The position numbers were made by a program, and so were the translations under genes. Below, one piece after another: positions 38,401 to 51,800 of a DNA stretch of 64,000 nucleotides (its first letter is position 1; each line of letters begins with the position of its first letter). The stretch is from Heterodontus francisci (lineage: Eukaryota). Under the pieces are notes generated by a model. The model was given only the letters and a program-made list of their open reading frames with translations, was not told the origin of the DNA and ran no database searches. The DNA lies in contig NC_090413.1 of assembly GCF_036365525.1 (NCBI RefSeq), positions 7,130,001 to 7,194,000 on the forward strand, written 5' to 3'.

Positions 38401-41400
38401 GCTCGAAGCCACCCTCCCAGTCCCATTGGCTAGCAGACACTCTCCCAGTCCCATCGGCTAGGAGACACTCTCCCAGTCCCATTGGCTCGAAGCCACCCTC
38501 CCAGTCCCATCGTCTAGGAGACAGTCTCCCAGTCCCATCGGCTCGGAGACACTCTTCCAGTTCCATCGGCTAGGAGACAGTCTCCCAGTCCCATCGTCTA
38601 GGAGACAGTCTCCCAGTCCCATCGGCTCAAAGACACTCTTCCAGTTCCATCGGCTAGGAGACAGTCTCCCAGTCCCATCGTCTAGGAGACAGTCTCCCAG
38701 TCCCATCGGCTCAAAGACACTCTTCCAGTCCCATCGGCTAGGAGACAGTCTCCCAGTCCCATCGGCTCAAAGACACTCTCCCACTCCCATCGGCTCGGAG
38801 ACACTCTCCCAGTCCCATCGGCTCGGAGACACTCTCCCAGGCCCATCGGCTAGGAGACACTCTCCCAGTCCCATCGGCTCGGAGACACTCTCCCAGTCCC
38901 ATTGGCTCGAAGCCACCCTCCCAGTCCCATTGGCTCGAAGACACTCTCCCAGTCCCATCGGCTCGGAGACACTCTCCCAGTCCCATCGGCTCAGAGACAT
39001 TCTCCCAGTCCCATCGGCTCAGAGACACTCTCATAGTCCCATCGGCTATGATACACTCTCCCAGTCCCAACGGCTAGGAGACACTCCCCCATTCCCATCG
39101 GCTCAGAGACACTCTCCCATTATCATCGGCTCGGAGACAGTCTCCCAGGCCCATGGGCTCGAACACACTCTCCCAATCCCATCGGCTAGGAGACACTCTC
39201 CCAGTCCCATCGGCTAGGAGACACTCTCCCAGTCCCATCGGCTAGGAGACTCTCTCCGAATCCCATCGGCTCGGAGACACTCTCCCAGGCCCATCGGCTC
39301 AATGACACTCTCCCAGTCCCATCGGCTCGGAGACACTCTCCCAGGCCCATCGGCTAGGAGACACTCTCCCAGTCCCATCGGCTAGGAGACAATCTCACAG
39401 TCCCATCTGCTCGAAGACACTCTCCCAGTCCCATCGGCTCAATGACACTCTCCCAGTCCCATCGGCTCGAAGAGACTCTCCCAGTCCCATCGGCTCGAAG
39501 ACACTCTCCCAGGCCCATCGGCTCAATGACACTCTCCCAGTCCCATCGGCTCGAAGAGACTCTCCCAGTCCCATCGGCTCGAAGACACTATCCCAGTCAC
39601 ATCGGCTCGAAGACAATCTCCCAGTCCCATCGGCTCGAAGACAATCTCCCAGTCCCATCGGCTCGAAGAGACTCTCCCAGTCCCATCGGCTCGAAGACAC
39701 TCTCCCAGTCCCATCGGCTCGAAGACACTCTCCCAGTCCCATCAGCTCGAAGACAATTTCCCAGTCCCATCGGCAAGGAGACACTTTCCCAGTCCCATCG
39801 GCTTCAAGACACTCTCCCAGTCCCATCGGCTCGAAGAGACTCTCCTCGTCCCATCGGCTCGAAGACAATTTCCCAGTCCCATCGGCTGGGAGACACTCCC
39901 CCGGTCCCATCAGCTAGGAGACACTCTCCCGGTCCCATCGGCTGGGAGACACTCCCCCGGTCCCATCAGCTAGGAGACACTCTCCCGGTCCCATCGGCTT
40001 GGAGACACTCTCCCAGTCCCATCAGCTAGGAGACACTCTCCCGGACCCATCGGCTCGAAGACACTCTCCCAGTCCCATCGACTCGAAGACAATCTCCCAG
40101 TCCCATCGGCTCGAAGAGACTCTCCCAGTCCCATCGGCTCGAAGACACTCTCCCAGTCCCATCGGCTCGAAGACAATCTCCCAGTCCCATCAGCTCGAAG
40201 ACACTCTCCCAGTCCCATCGGCTCGAAGACACTCTCCCAGTCCCATCGGCTCGAAGACACTCTCCCAGTCCCATCGGCTCGAAGACAATCTCCCAGTCCC
40301 ATCGGCTCGAAGAGACTCTCCCAGTCCCATCGGCTCGAAGACACTCTCCCAGTCCCATCAGCTCGAAGACAATTTCCCAGTCCTATCGGCAAGGAGACAC
40401 TCTCCCAGTCCCATCGGCTCGAAGACAATTTCCCAGTCCCATTGGCTGGGAGACACTCCCCCGGTCCCATCAGCTAGGAGACACTCTCCCGGTCCCATCG
40501 GCTTGGAGACACTCTCCCGGTCCCATCGGCTTGGAGACACTCTCCCAGTCCCATCGGCTCGAAGACACTCTCCCATTCTCTTTGGCTCGAAGACACTCTC
40601 CCAGTCCCATCGGTTAGGAGACACTCTCCCAGTCCCATCGGCTAGGAGTCACTCTCCCAGTCCCATCGGCTGGGAGACACTCCCCCGGTTCCATCGGCTC
40701 GAAGACACTCTCCCATTCTCATTGGCTCGAAGACACTCTCCCATTCTCATTGGCTCGAATACCCTCTCCCAGTCCCATCGGCACGAAGACACTCTCCCAG
40801 TCCCATCGGTTAGGAGACACTCTCCCATTCTCATCGGCTCGGAGACAGTCTCCCATTCTCATCGGCTCGGAGACAGTCTCCCAGTCCCGTCGGCTCCGAG
40901 ACACTCTCCCAGTCCCATCAGCACGAAGACACTCTCCCAGTCCCATCAGCACGAAGACACTCTCCCAGTCCCATCGGCTTGAAGACAATCTCCCAGTCCC
41001 ATCGGCTTGGAGACACCCTCCCAGTCCCATCGGCTCGAAGACACTCTCCCATTCTCATCGGCTCGGAGACACCCTCCCAGTCCCATCGGCTTGGAGACAC
41101 CCTCCCAGTCCCATCGGCTCGAAGACACTCTCCCATTCTCATCGGCTCGGAGACACCCTCCCAGTCCCATCGGCTTGGAGACACCCTCCCAGTCCCATCG
41201 GCTCGAAGACACTCTCCCATTCTCATCGGCTTGGAGACACCCTCCCAGTCCCATCGGCTCGAAGACACTCTCCCATTCTCATCGGCTTGGAGACACCCTC
41301 CCAGTCCCATCGGCTCGAAGACACTCTCCCATTCTCATCGGCTCGGAGACACCCTCCCAGTCCCATCGGCTCGAAGACACTCTCCCATTCTCATCGGCTC

Positions 41401-42125
41401 GGAGACACCCTCCCAGTCCCATCGGCTTGGAGACACCCTCCCAGTCCCATCGGCTCGAAGACACTCTCCCAGTCCCGTCGGTTCGGAGACACTCTCCCAG
41501 TCCCATTGGCTTGGAGACACCCTCCCAGTCCCATTGGCTTGGAGACACCCTCCCAGTCCCATCAGCTTGAAGACACTCTCCCAGTCCCATCGGCTCGAAG
41601 ACACTCTCCCATTCTCATCGGCTGGGAGACACTCTCCCAGTCCCATCGGCTTGGAGACACCCTCCCAGTCCCATCAGCTCGAAGACACTCTCCGAGTCCC
41701 ATCGGCTTGGAGACACCCTCCCAGTCCCATCAGCTCGAAGACACCCTCCCAGTCCCATCAGCTCGAAGACACTCTCCCAGTCCCATCGGCTTGGAGACAC
41801 CCTCCCAGTCCCATCAGCTCGAAGACACTCTCCCAGTCCCATCGGCTTGGAGACACCCTCCCAGTCCCATCAGCTCGAAGACACTCTCCCAGTCCCATCG
41901 ACTCGGAGACACTCTCCCAGTCCCATCGGCTGGGAGACACTCTCCCAGTCCCATCGGCTTGGAGACACTCTCCCAGTCCCATCGGCTTGGAGACACCCTC
42001 CCAGTCCCATCAGCTCGAAGCCAATCTCCCATTCCCATCGGCTGGGAGACACTCTCCCAGTCCCGTCGGTTCGGAGACACTCTCCCAGTCCCATTGGCCG
42101 GGAGCTCCCTGTCCCAGTCCCATCT
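35410..42125. repeat. 28-bp satellite (GACACTCTCCCAGTCCCATCGGCTCGAA)n, ~240 units
   Basis: Direct reading. Strict 28-bp phase. Variants at the CTCGAA/CTAGGA/CTTGGA position. Confidence 0.98.
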
Positions 42126-42855
42126 GCCCGGAACTCACTAACAGCTCAGCTGACTGTTAGAAATCACTCCACACAGATTGACTTCAGTGGCACTTTGCTT
42201 TTAGATTTTCTTTCGAGCATCAGTGGTCTGCCCGAACACAACACCTCTAAACCCCTCACCACACAGTCCCTCTCCCTCCTCCCACACCACTCCCCCCTCC
42301 CACCCCCTACACCCTCTCCAGCCTCTCCCTTCTCCAGCTCCCTCCTCTCATCCTCTTCCACCTCCCACACTTCTACTACAATCCATCCCCCGCCCCTCCC
42401 GGTCCTTCTCCCTCCTCCCACCACTTTCCCTCCTCTCATCACCAAACGCCCCTACCCGCTCTCTCCGCCCACTCCCTCTCCCTCACCCCACCCCTCTCCA
42501 TCCTCCCACTTCTTTTCTTGCCTCTCATCCCTCTCCCCCAGACCATTCCCGACTCAATATGTACCCATCCCTCCCCCTATCCCCAACCCTGCTCTGAGGG
42601 ACAGTTCAAACAAACATCTCTAGTCAGACAGGCCTCATCTCCAGATAGCAGCTGACTTTATTCAACAATTCTAGAATGTGCTGGGTGTTGTAGTTAACAG
42701 CCGTGAGTCAGGGTGAATCACAGGGTGAATCACTGGCGGGGCATGGGTCACTTAATTGTCAAAAAACACATTCCTAAAAAGGGAATTTACTTAAAAAAGA
42801 ATTTTTGAATGTTCTCTCTCACTCGGGCTGGGATCCGTTAAACCAGCAGACACTT
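42126..42855 (-). promoter_or_regulatory. Unique island: candidate promoter and non-coding exon 1 of the LRRC8E-like gene
   Basis: Minus-strand donor GTGAGT at 42138-42133. Polypyrimidine/polypurine tract ~42250-42590. TGAGTCA at 42704-42710 and TGAATCA at 42714 and 42726. The first coding exon has an acceptor, so an upstream exon is required. Confidence 0.4.
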
Positions 42856-45800
42856 CACTGAATAACACTGGGGTACAGTACTGGTGGGTATGGGTCTGTC
42901 ACTGTATAACTCTGGGGTACAGTACTGGTGGGGACAGATCTGTCTTTGTAACACTGGGGTGCAGTACTGTTGGGTACAGGGCTGTCACTGTAAAACACTG
43001 TGGTACAGTACTGGTGGGGACAGGTCTGTCACTGAATAACACTGGGATACAGTACTGGCGGGTACGAGTCTGTCACTGAATAACACTGGGGTACAGTACT
43101 GGCGGGTACGAGTCTGTCACTGAATAACACTGGGGTACAGTACTGGTGGGTACGGGTCTGTCACTGAATAACACTGGGGTACAGTACTGGTGGGGACAGG
43201 GCTGTCACTGAATAACACTGGGATACAGTACTGGCGGGTACAGATCTGTCTGTGTAACACTGGGGTACAGTACTGGTGGGTACGAGTCTGCCACTGAATA
43301 ACACTGGGGTACAGTACTGGTGGGTACGGGTCTGTCACTGAATAACACTGGGATACAGTACTGATGGGGAAAGATCTGTCACTGTATAACACTGGGGTAC
43401 AGTACTGGTGGGGACAGGTCTGTCACTGAATAACACTGGGATACAGTACTGGAGGGTACGAGTCTGTCACTGAATAACACTGGGGTACAGTACTGGCGGG
43501 TACGAGTCTGTCACTGAATAACACTGTGGTACAGTACTGGTGGGTACGAGTCTGTCAATGAATAACACTGGGGTACAGTACTGGGGGGTACGAGTCTGTC
43601 ACTGAATAACACTGGGGTCCAGTACTAGTGGGGACAGGTCTGTTACTTTATAACACTGGAGTGCAGTACTGGTGGGGACAGGTCTGTTACTTTATAACAC
43701 TGGGGTACAGTACTGGTGGGGTCAGGTCTGTTACTTTATAACACTGGAGTGCAGTACTGGTGGGGACAGGTCTGTTACTTTATAACACTGGGGTACAGTA
43801 CTGGTGGGGACAGGTCTGTTACTTTATAACACTGGTGTACAGTACTGGTGGGGACAGGTCTGTTAATTGTAACACTGGGGTACAGTACTGGTGGGGACAG
43901 GTCTGTTAATTGTAACACTGGGGTACAGTACTGGTGGGGACAGGTCTGTTACTTTATAACACTGGTGTACAGTACTGGTGGGGACAGGTCTGTTAATTGT
44001 AACACTGGTGTACAGTACTGGTGGGGACAGGTCTGTTAATTGTAACACTGGGGTACAGTACTGGTGGGGACAGGTCTGTTACTTTATAACACTGGTGTAC
44101 AGTACTGGTGGGGACAGGTCTGTTACTTGATAACACTGGGGTACAGCACTGGTGGGGACAGGTCTGTTATTTGATAACAATGGGGTACAGTACTGGTGGG
44201 GACAGGTCTGTTACTTTGTAACACTGGGGTACAGTACTGGTGGGGACAGGTCTGTTACTTTTTAACACTGGGGTACAGTACTGGTGGGGACAGATCTGTC
44301 ACTGTGTAACACTGGGGTACAGTACTGGAGGGTACAGGTCTGTCACTGAATAACACTGGAGTACAGTATCGGTGGGCATGGGTGTGTCACTGCATAACAC
44401 TGGCGTACAGTACTGATGTGGACAGATCTGTCTGTGTAACACTGGGGTACAGTACTCGTGGGTACAGGTCTGTCATTGGAAAACACTGGGGTACAGTACT
44501 GGTGGGGACAGGTCAGTCACTGTATAACACTTGGGAACAGTACTGGTGGGGCAGATCTGTCTGTGTAACACTGGGGTGCAGTACTGTTGGGTACAGGTCT
44601 GTCACTGTAAAACACTGTGGTACAGTACTGGTGGGGACAGGTCTGTCACTGAATAACACTGGGATACAGTACTGGCGGGTACGAGTCTGTCACTGAATAA
44701 CACTGGGGTGCAGTACTGGCGGGTACGAGTCTGTCACTGAATAACACTGTGGTACAGTACAGGCGGGTACGAGTCTGTCAATGAATAACACTGGGGTACA
44801 GTACTGGCGGGTACGAGTCTGTCACTGAATAACACTGGGGTACAGTACTGGTGGGTACGGGTCTGTCACTGAATAACACTGGGGTACAGTACTGGTGGGG
44901 ACAGGGCTGTCACTGAATAACACTGGGATACAGTACTGGCGGGTACAGATCTGTCTGTGTAACACTGGGGTACAGTACTGGTGGGTACGAGTCTGCCACT
45001 GAATAACACTGGGGTACAGTACTGGTGGGTACGGGTCTGTCACTGAATAACACTGGGATACAGTACTGATGGGGACAGATCTGTCACTGTATAACACTGG
45101 GGTACAGTACTGGTGGGGACAGGTCTGTCACTGAATAACACTGGGATACAGAACTGGCGGGTACGAGTCTGTCACTGAATAACACTGGGGTACAGTACTG
45201 GCGGGTACGAGTCTGTCACTGAATAACACTGTGGTACAGTACTGGTGGGTACGAGTCTGTCAATGAATAACACTGGGGTACAGTACTGGGGGGTACGAGT
45301 CTGTCACTGAATAACACTGGGGTCCAGTACTAGTGGGGACAGGTCTGTTACTTTATAACACTGGAGTGCAGTACTGGTGGGGACAGGTCTGTTACTTTAT
45401 AACACTGGGGTACAGTACTGGTGGGGTCAGGTCAGTTACTTTATAACACTGGAGTGCAGTACTGGTGGGGACAGGTCTGTTACTTTATAACACTGGGGTA
45501 CAGTACTGGTGGGGACAGGTCTGTTACTTTATAACACTGGTGTACAGTACTGGTGGGGACAGGTCTGTTAATTGTAACACTGGGGTACAGTACTGGTGGG
45601 GACAGGTCTGTTAATTGTAACACTGGGGTACAGTACTGGTGGGGACAGGTCTGTTACTTTATAACACTGGTGTACGGTACTGGTGGGGACAGGTCTGTTA
45701 ATTGTAACACTGGTGTACAGTACTGGTGGGGACAGGTCTGTTAATTGTAACACTGGGGTACAGTACTGGTGGGGACAGGTCTGTTAATTGTAACACTGGG

Positions 45801-48800
45801 GTACAGTACTGGTGGGGACAGGTCTGTTACTTTATAACACTGGAGTGCAGTACTGGTGGGGACAGGTCTGTTACTTTATAACACTGGGGTACAGTACTGG
45901 TGGGGACAGGTCTGTTAATTGTAACACTGGGGTACAGTACTGGTGGGGACAGGTCTGTCAATTGTAACACTGGGGTACAGTACTGGTGGGGACAGGTCTG
46001 TTAATTGTAACACTGGGGTACAGTACTGGTGGGGACAGGTCTGTTACTTTATAACACTGGTGTACAGTACTGGTGGGGACAGGTCTGTTAATTGTAACAC
46101 TGGTGTACAGTACTGGTGGGGACAGGTCTGTTAATTGTAACACTGGGGTACAGTACTGGTGGGGACAGGTCTGTTACTTTATAACACTGGTGTACAGTAC
46201 TGGTGGGGACAGGTCTGTTACTTGATAACACTGGGGTACAGTACTGGTGGGGACAGGTCTGTTACTTTATACCAATGGGGTACAGTACTGGTGGGGACAG
46301 GTCTGTTACTTGATAACACTGGGGTACAGTACTGGTGGGGACAGGTCTGTTACTTTTTAACACTGGGGTACAGTACTGGTGGGGACAGATCTGTCACTGT
46401 GTAACACTGGGGTACAGTACTGGAGGGTACAGGTCTGTCACTGAATAACACTGGAGTACAGTATCGGTGGGCATGGGTGTGTCACTGCATAACACTGGCG
46501 TACAGTACTGATGTGGACAGATCTGTCTGTGTAACACTGGGGTACAGTACTCGTGGGTACAGGTCTGTCATTGGAAAACACTGGGGTACAGTACTGGTGG
46601 GGACAGGTCAGTCACTGTATAACACTTGGGAACAGTACTGGTGGGGCAGATCTGTCTGTGTAACACTGGGGTGCAGTACTGTTGGGTACAGGTCTGTCAC
46701 TGTAAAACACTGGTGTGCAGCACTGGTGGGAACAGGTGTGTCACAGTATAACACTGGGGTACAATACTGGTGGGGACAGGTCTGTTACTTTACAACACTG
46801 GGGTACAGTACTGGTGGGGACAGGTCTGTTACTTTATAACAATGGGGTACAGTACTGGCGGGGACAGGTCTGTTACTTTATAACACTGGGGTACAGTACT
46901 GGTAGGGACAGGTCTGTTACTTGATAACACTGGTGTACAGTACTGGTGGGGACAGGTCTGTTACTTTATAACACTGGGGAACAGTACTGGTGGGGACAGG
47001 TCTGTTACTTTATAACACTGGAGTGCAGTACTGGTGGGGACAGGTCTGTTACTTTATAACACTGGGGTACAGTACTGCTGGGGAGAGGTCTGATAATTGT
47101 AACACTGGGGTACAGTACTGCTGGGGAGAGGTCTGATAATTGTAACACTGGGATACAGTACTGGCGGGTACGAGTCTGTCACTGAATAACACTGTGGTAC
47201 AGTACTGGTGGGGACAGGTCTGTCACTGAATAACACTGGGATACAGTACTGGCGGGTACGAGTCTGTCACTGAATAACACTGGGGTACAGTACTGGCGGG
47301 TACGAGTCTGTCACTGAATAACACTGTGGTACAGTACTGGCGGGTACGAGTCTGTCAATGAATAACACTGGGGTACAGTACTGGCGGGTACGAGTCTGTC
47401 ACTGAATAACACTGGGGTACAGTACTGGTGGGTACGGGTCTGTCATTGAATAACACTGGGGTACAGTACTGGTGGGGACAGGTCTGTCACTGAATAACAC
47501 TGGGATACAGTACTGGCGGGTACAGATCTGTCTGTGTAACACTGGGGTACAGTACTGGTGGGTACGAGTCTGCCACTGAATAACACTGGGGTACAGTACT
47601 GGTGGGTACGGGTCTGTCACTGAATAACACTGGGATACAGTACTGATGGGGACAGATCTGTCACTGTATAACACTGGGGTACAGTACTGGTGGGGACAGG
47701 TCTGTCACTGAATAACACTGGGATACAGTACTGGCGGGTACGAGTCTGTCACTGAATAACACTGGGGTACAGTACTGGCGGGTACGAGTCTGTCACTGAA
47801 TAACACTGTGGTACAGTACTGGTGGGTACGAGTCTGTCAATGAATAACACTGGGGTACAGTACTGGGGGGTACGAGTCTGTCACTGAATAACACTGGGGT
47901 CCAGTAATAGTGGGGACAGGTCTGTTACTTTATAACACTGGAGTGCAGTACTGGTGGGGACAGGTCTGTTACTTTATAACACTGGGGTACAGTACTGGTG
48001 GGGTCAGGTCTGTTACTTTATAACACTGGAGTGCAGTACTGGTGGGGACAGGTCTGTTACTTTATAACACTGGGGTACAGTACTGGTGGGGTCAGGTCTG
48101 TTACTTTATAACACTGGAGTGCAGTACTGGTGGGGACAGGTCTGTTACTTTATAACACTGGGGTACAGTACTGGTGGGGACAGGTCTGTTAATTGTAACA
48201 CTGGGGTACAGTACTGGTGGGGACAGGTCTGTTACTTTATAACACTGGTGTACAGTACTGGTGGGGACAGGTCTGTTAATTGTAACACTGGGGTACAGTA
48301 CTGGTGGGGACAGGTCTGTTAATTGTAACACTGGGGTACAGTACTGGTGGGGACAGGTCTGTTACTTTATAACACTGGTGTACGGTACTGGTGGGGACAG
48401 GTCTGTTAATTGTAACACTGGTGTACAGTACTGGTGGGGACAGGTCTGTTAATTGTAACACTGGGGTACAGTACTGGTGGGGACAGGTCTGTTACTTTAT
48501 AACACTGGTGTACAGTCCTGGTGGGGACAAGTCTGTTAATTGTAACACTGGGGTACAGTACTGGTGGGGACAGGTCTGTTACTTTATAACACTGGAGTGC
48601 AGTACTGGTGGGGACAGGTCTGTTACTTTATAACACTGGGGTACAGTACTGGTGGGGACAGGTCTGTTAATTGTAACACTGGGGTACAGTACTGGTGGGG
48701 ACAGGTCTGTCAATTGTAACACTGGGGTACAGTACTGGTGGGGACAGGTCTGTTAATTGTAACACTGGGGTACAGTACTGGTGGGGACAGGTCTGTTACT

Positions 48801-51800
48801 TTATAACACTGGTGTACAGTACTGGTGGGGACAGGTCTGTTAATTGTAACACTGGGGTACAGTACTGGTGGGGACAGGTCTGTTACTTTATAACACTGGT
48901 GTACAGTACTGGTGGGGACAGGTCTGTTAATTGTAACACTGGGGTACAGTACTGGTGGGGACAGGTCTGTTACTTTATAACACTGGGGTACAGTACTGGT
49001 GGGGACAGGTCTGTTACTTGATAACACTGGGGTACAGTACTGGTGGGGACGTGTCTGTTATTTGATAACAATGGGGTACAGTACTGGTGGGGACAGGTCT
49101 GTTACTTTGTAACACTGGGGTACAGTACTGGTGGGGACAGGTCTGTTACTTGATAACACTGGGGTACAGTACTGGTGGGAACTGGTCTGTTACTTTATAA
49201 CAATGGGGTACAGTACTGGTGGGGACAGGTCTGTTACTTGATAACACTGGGGTACAGTACTGGTGGGGACAGGTCTGTTACTTTATACCAATGGGGTACA
49301 GTACTGGTGGGGACAGGTCTGTTACTTGATAACACTGGGGTACAGTACTGGTGGGGACAGGTCTGTTACTTTATTACACTGGGGTACAGTACTGGTGGGG
49401 ACAGGTCTGTTACTTTATAACACTGGGGTACAGTATTGGTGGGGACAGGTCTGTTACTTTATAACACTGGGGTACAGTACTGGTGGGGACAGGTCTGTTA
49501 CTTTATAACACTGGGGTACAGTACTGGTGGGGACAGGTCTGTTACTTTATAACACTGGGGTACAGTACTGGCGGGTACGAGTCTGTCACTGAATAACACT
49601 GGGGTACAGTACTGGTGGGTACGGGTCTGTCACTGAATAACACTGGGGTACAGTACTGGTGGGGACAGGTCTGTCACTGAATAACACTGGGATACAGTAC
49701 TGGCGGGTACAGATCTGTCTGTGTAACACTGGGGTACAGTACTGGTGGGTACGAGTCTGCCACTGAATAACACTGGGGTACAGTACTGGTGGGTACGGGT
49801 CTGTCACTGAATAACACTGGGATACAGTACTGATGGGGACAGATCTGTCACTGTATAACACTGGGGTACTGTACTGGTGGGGACAGGTCTGACACTGAAT
49901 AACACTGGGATACAGTACTGGCGGGTACGAGTCTGTCAATGAATAACACTGGGGTACAGTACTGGCGGGTACGAGTCTGTCACTGAATAACACTGGGGTC
50001 CAGTACTAGTGGGGACAGGTCTGTTACTTTATAACACTGGAGTGCAGTACTGGTGGGGACAGGTCTGTTACTTTATAACACTGGGGTACAGTACTGGTTG
50101 GGTCAGGTCTGTTACTTTATAACACTGGAGTGCAGTACTGGTGGGGACAGGTCTGTTACTTTATAATACTGGGGTACAGTACTGGTGGGGCAGGTCTGTT
50201 AATTGTAACACTGGGGTACAGTACTGGTGGGGACAGGTCTGTTACTTTATAACACTGGTGTACAGTACTGGTGGGGACAGGTCTGTTAATTGTAACACTG
50301 GGGTACAGTACTGGTGGGGACAGGTCTGTTAATTGTAACACTGGGGTACAGTACTGGTGGGGACAGGTCTGTTACTTTATAACACTGGTGTACAGTGCTG
50401 GTGGGGACAGGTCTGTTAATTGTAACACTGGTGTACAGAACTGGTGGGGACAGGTCTGTTACTTTATAACACTGGTGTACAGTACTGGTGGGGACAGGTC
50501 TGTTAATTGTAACACTGGTGTACAGTACTGGTGGGGACAGGTCTGTCAATTGTAACACTGGGGTACAGTACTGGTGGGGACAGGTCTGTTAATTGTAACA
50601 CTGGGGTACAGTACTGGTGGGGACAGGTCTGTTACTTTATAACACTGGTGTACAGTACTGGTGGGGACAGGTCTGTTAATTGTAACACTGGTGTACAGTA
50701 CTGGTGGGGACAGGTCTGTTAATTGTAACACTGGGGTACAGTACTGGTGGGGACAGGTCTGTTACTTTATAACACTGGTGTACAGTACTGGTGGGGACAG
50801 GTCTGTTACTTGATAACACTGGGGTACAGCACTGGTGGGGACAGGTCTGTTATTTGATAACAATGGGGTACAGTACTGGTGGGGACAGGTCTGTTACTTT
50901 GTAACACTGAGGTACAGTACTGGTGGGGACAGGTCTGTTACTTGATAACACTGGGGTACAGTACTGGTGGGGACTGGTCTGTTACTTTATAACAATGGGG
51001 TACAGTACTGGTGGGGACAGGTCTGTTACTTTATAACACTGGGGTACAGTACTGGTGGGGACAGGTCTGTTACTTGATAACACTGGGGTACAGTACTGGT
51101 GGGGACAGGTCTGTTACTTTATACCAATGGGGTACAGTACTGGTGGGGACAGGTCTGTTACTTGATAACACTGGGGTACAGTACTGGTGGGGACAGGTCT
51201 GTTACTTTTTAACACTGGGGTACAGTACTGGTGGGGACAGATCTGTCACTGTGTAACACTGGGGTACAGTACTGGAGGGTACAGGTCTGTCACTGAATAA
51301 CACTGGAGTACAGTATCGGTGGGCATGGGTGTGTCACTGCATAACACTGGCGTACAGTACTGATGTGGACAGATCTGTCTGTGTAACACTGGGGTACAGT
51401 ACTCGTGGGTACAGGTCTGTCATTGGAAAACACTGGGGTACAGTACTGGTGGGGACAGGTCAGTCACTGTATAACACTTGGGAACAGTACTGGTGGGGCA
51501 GATCTGTCTGTGTAACACTGGGGTGCAGTACTGTTGGGTACAGGTCTGTCACTGTAAAACACTGGTGTGCAGCACTGGTGGGAACAGGTGTGTCACAGTA
51601 TAACACTGGGGTACAATACTGGTGGGGACAGGTCTGTTACTTTACAACACTGGGGTACAGTACTGGTGGGGACAGGTCTGTTACTTTATAACAATGGGGT
51701 ACAGTACTGGCGGGGACAGGTCTGTTACTTTATAACACTGGGGTACAGTACTGGTAGGGACAGGTCTGTTACTTGATAACACTGGTGTACAGTACTGGTG

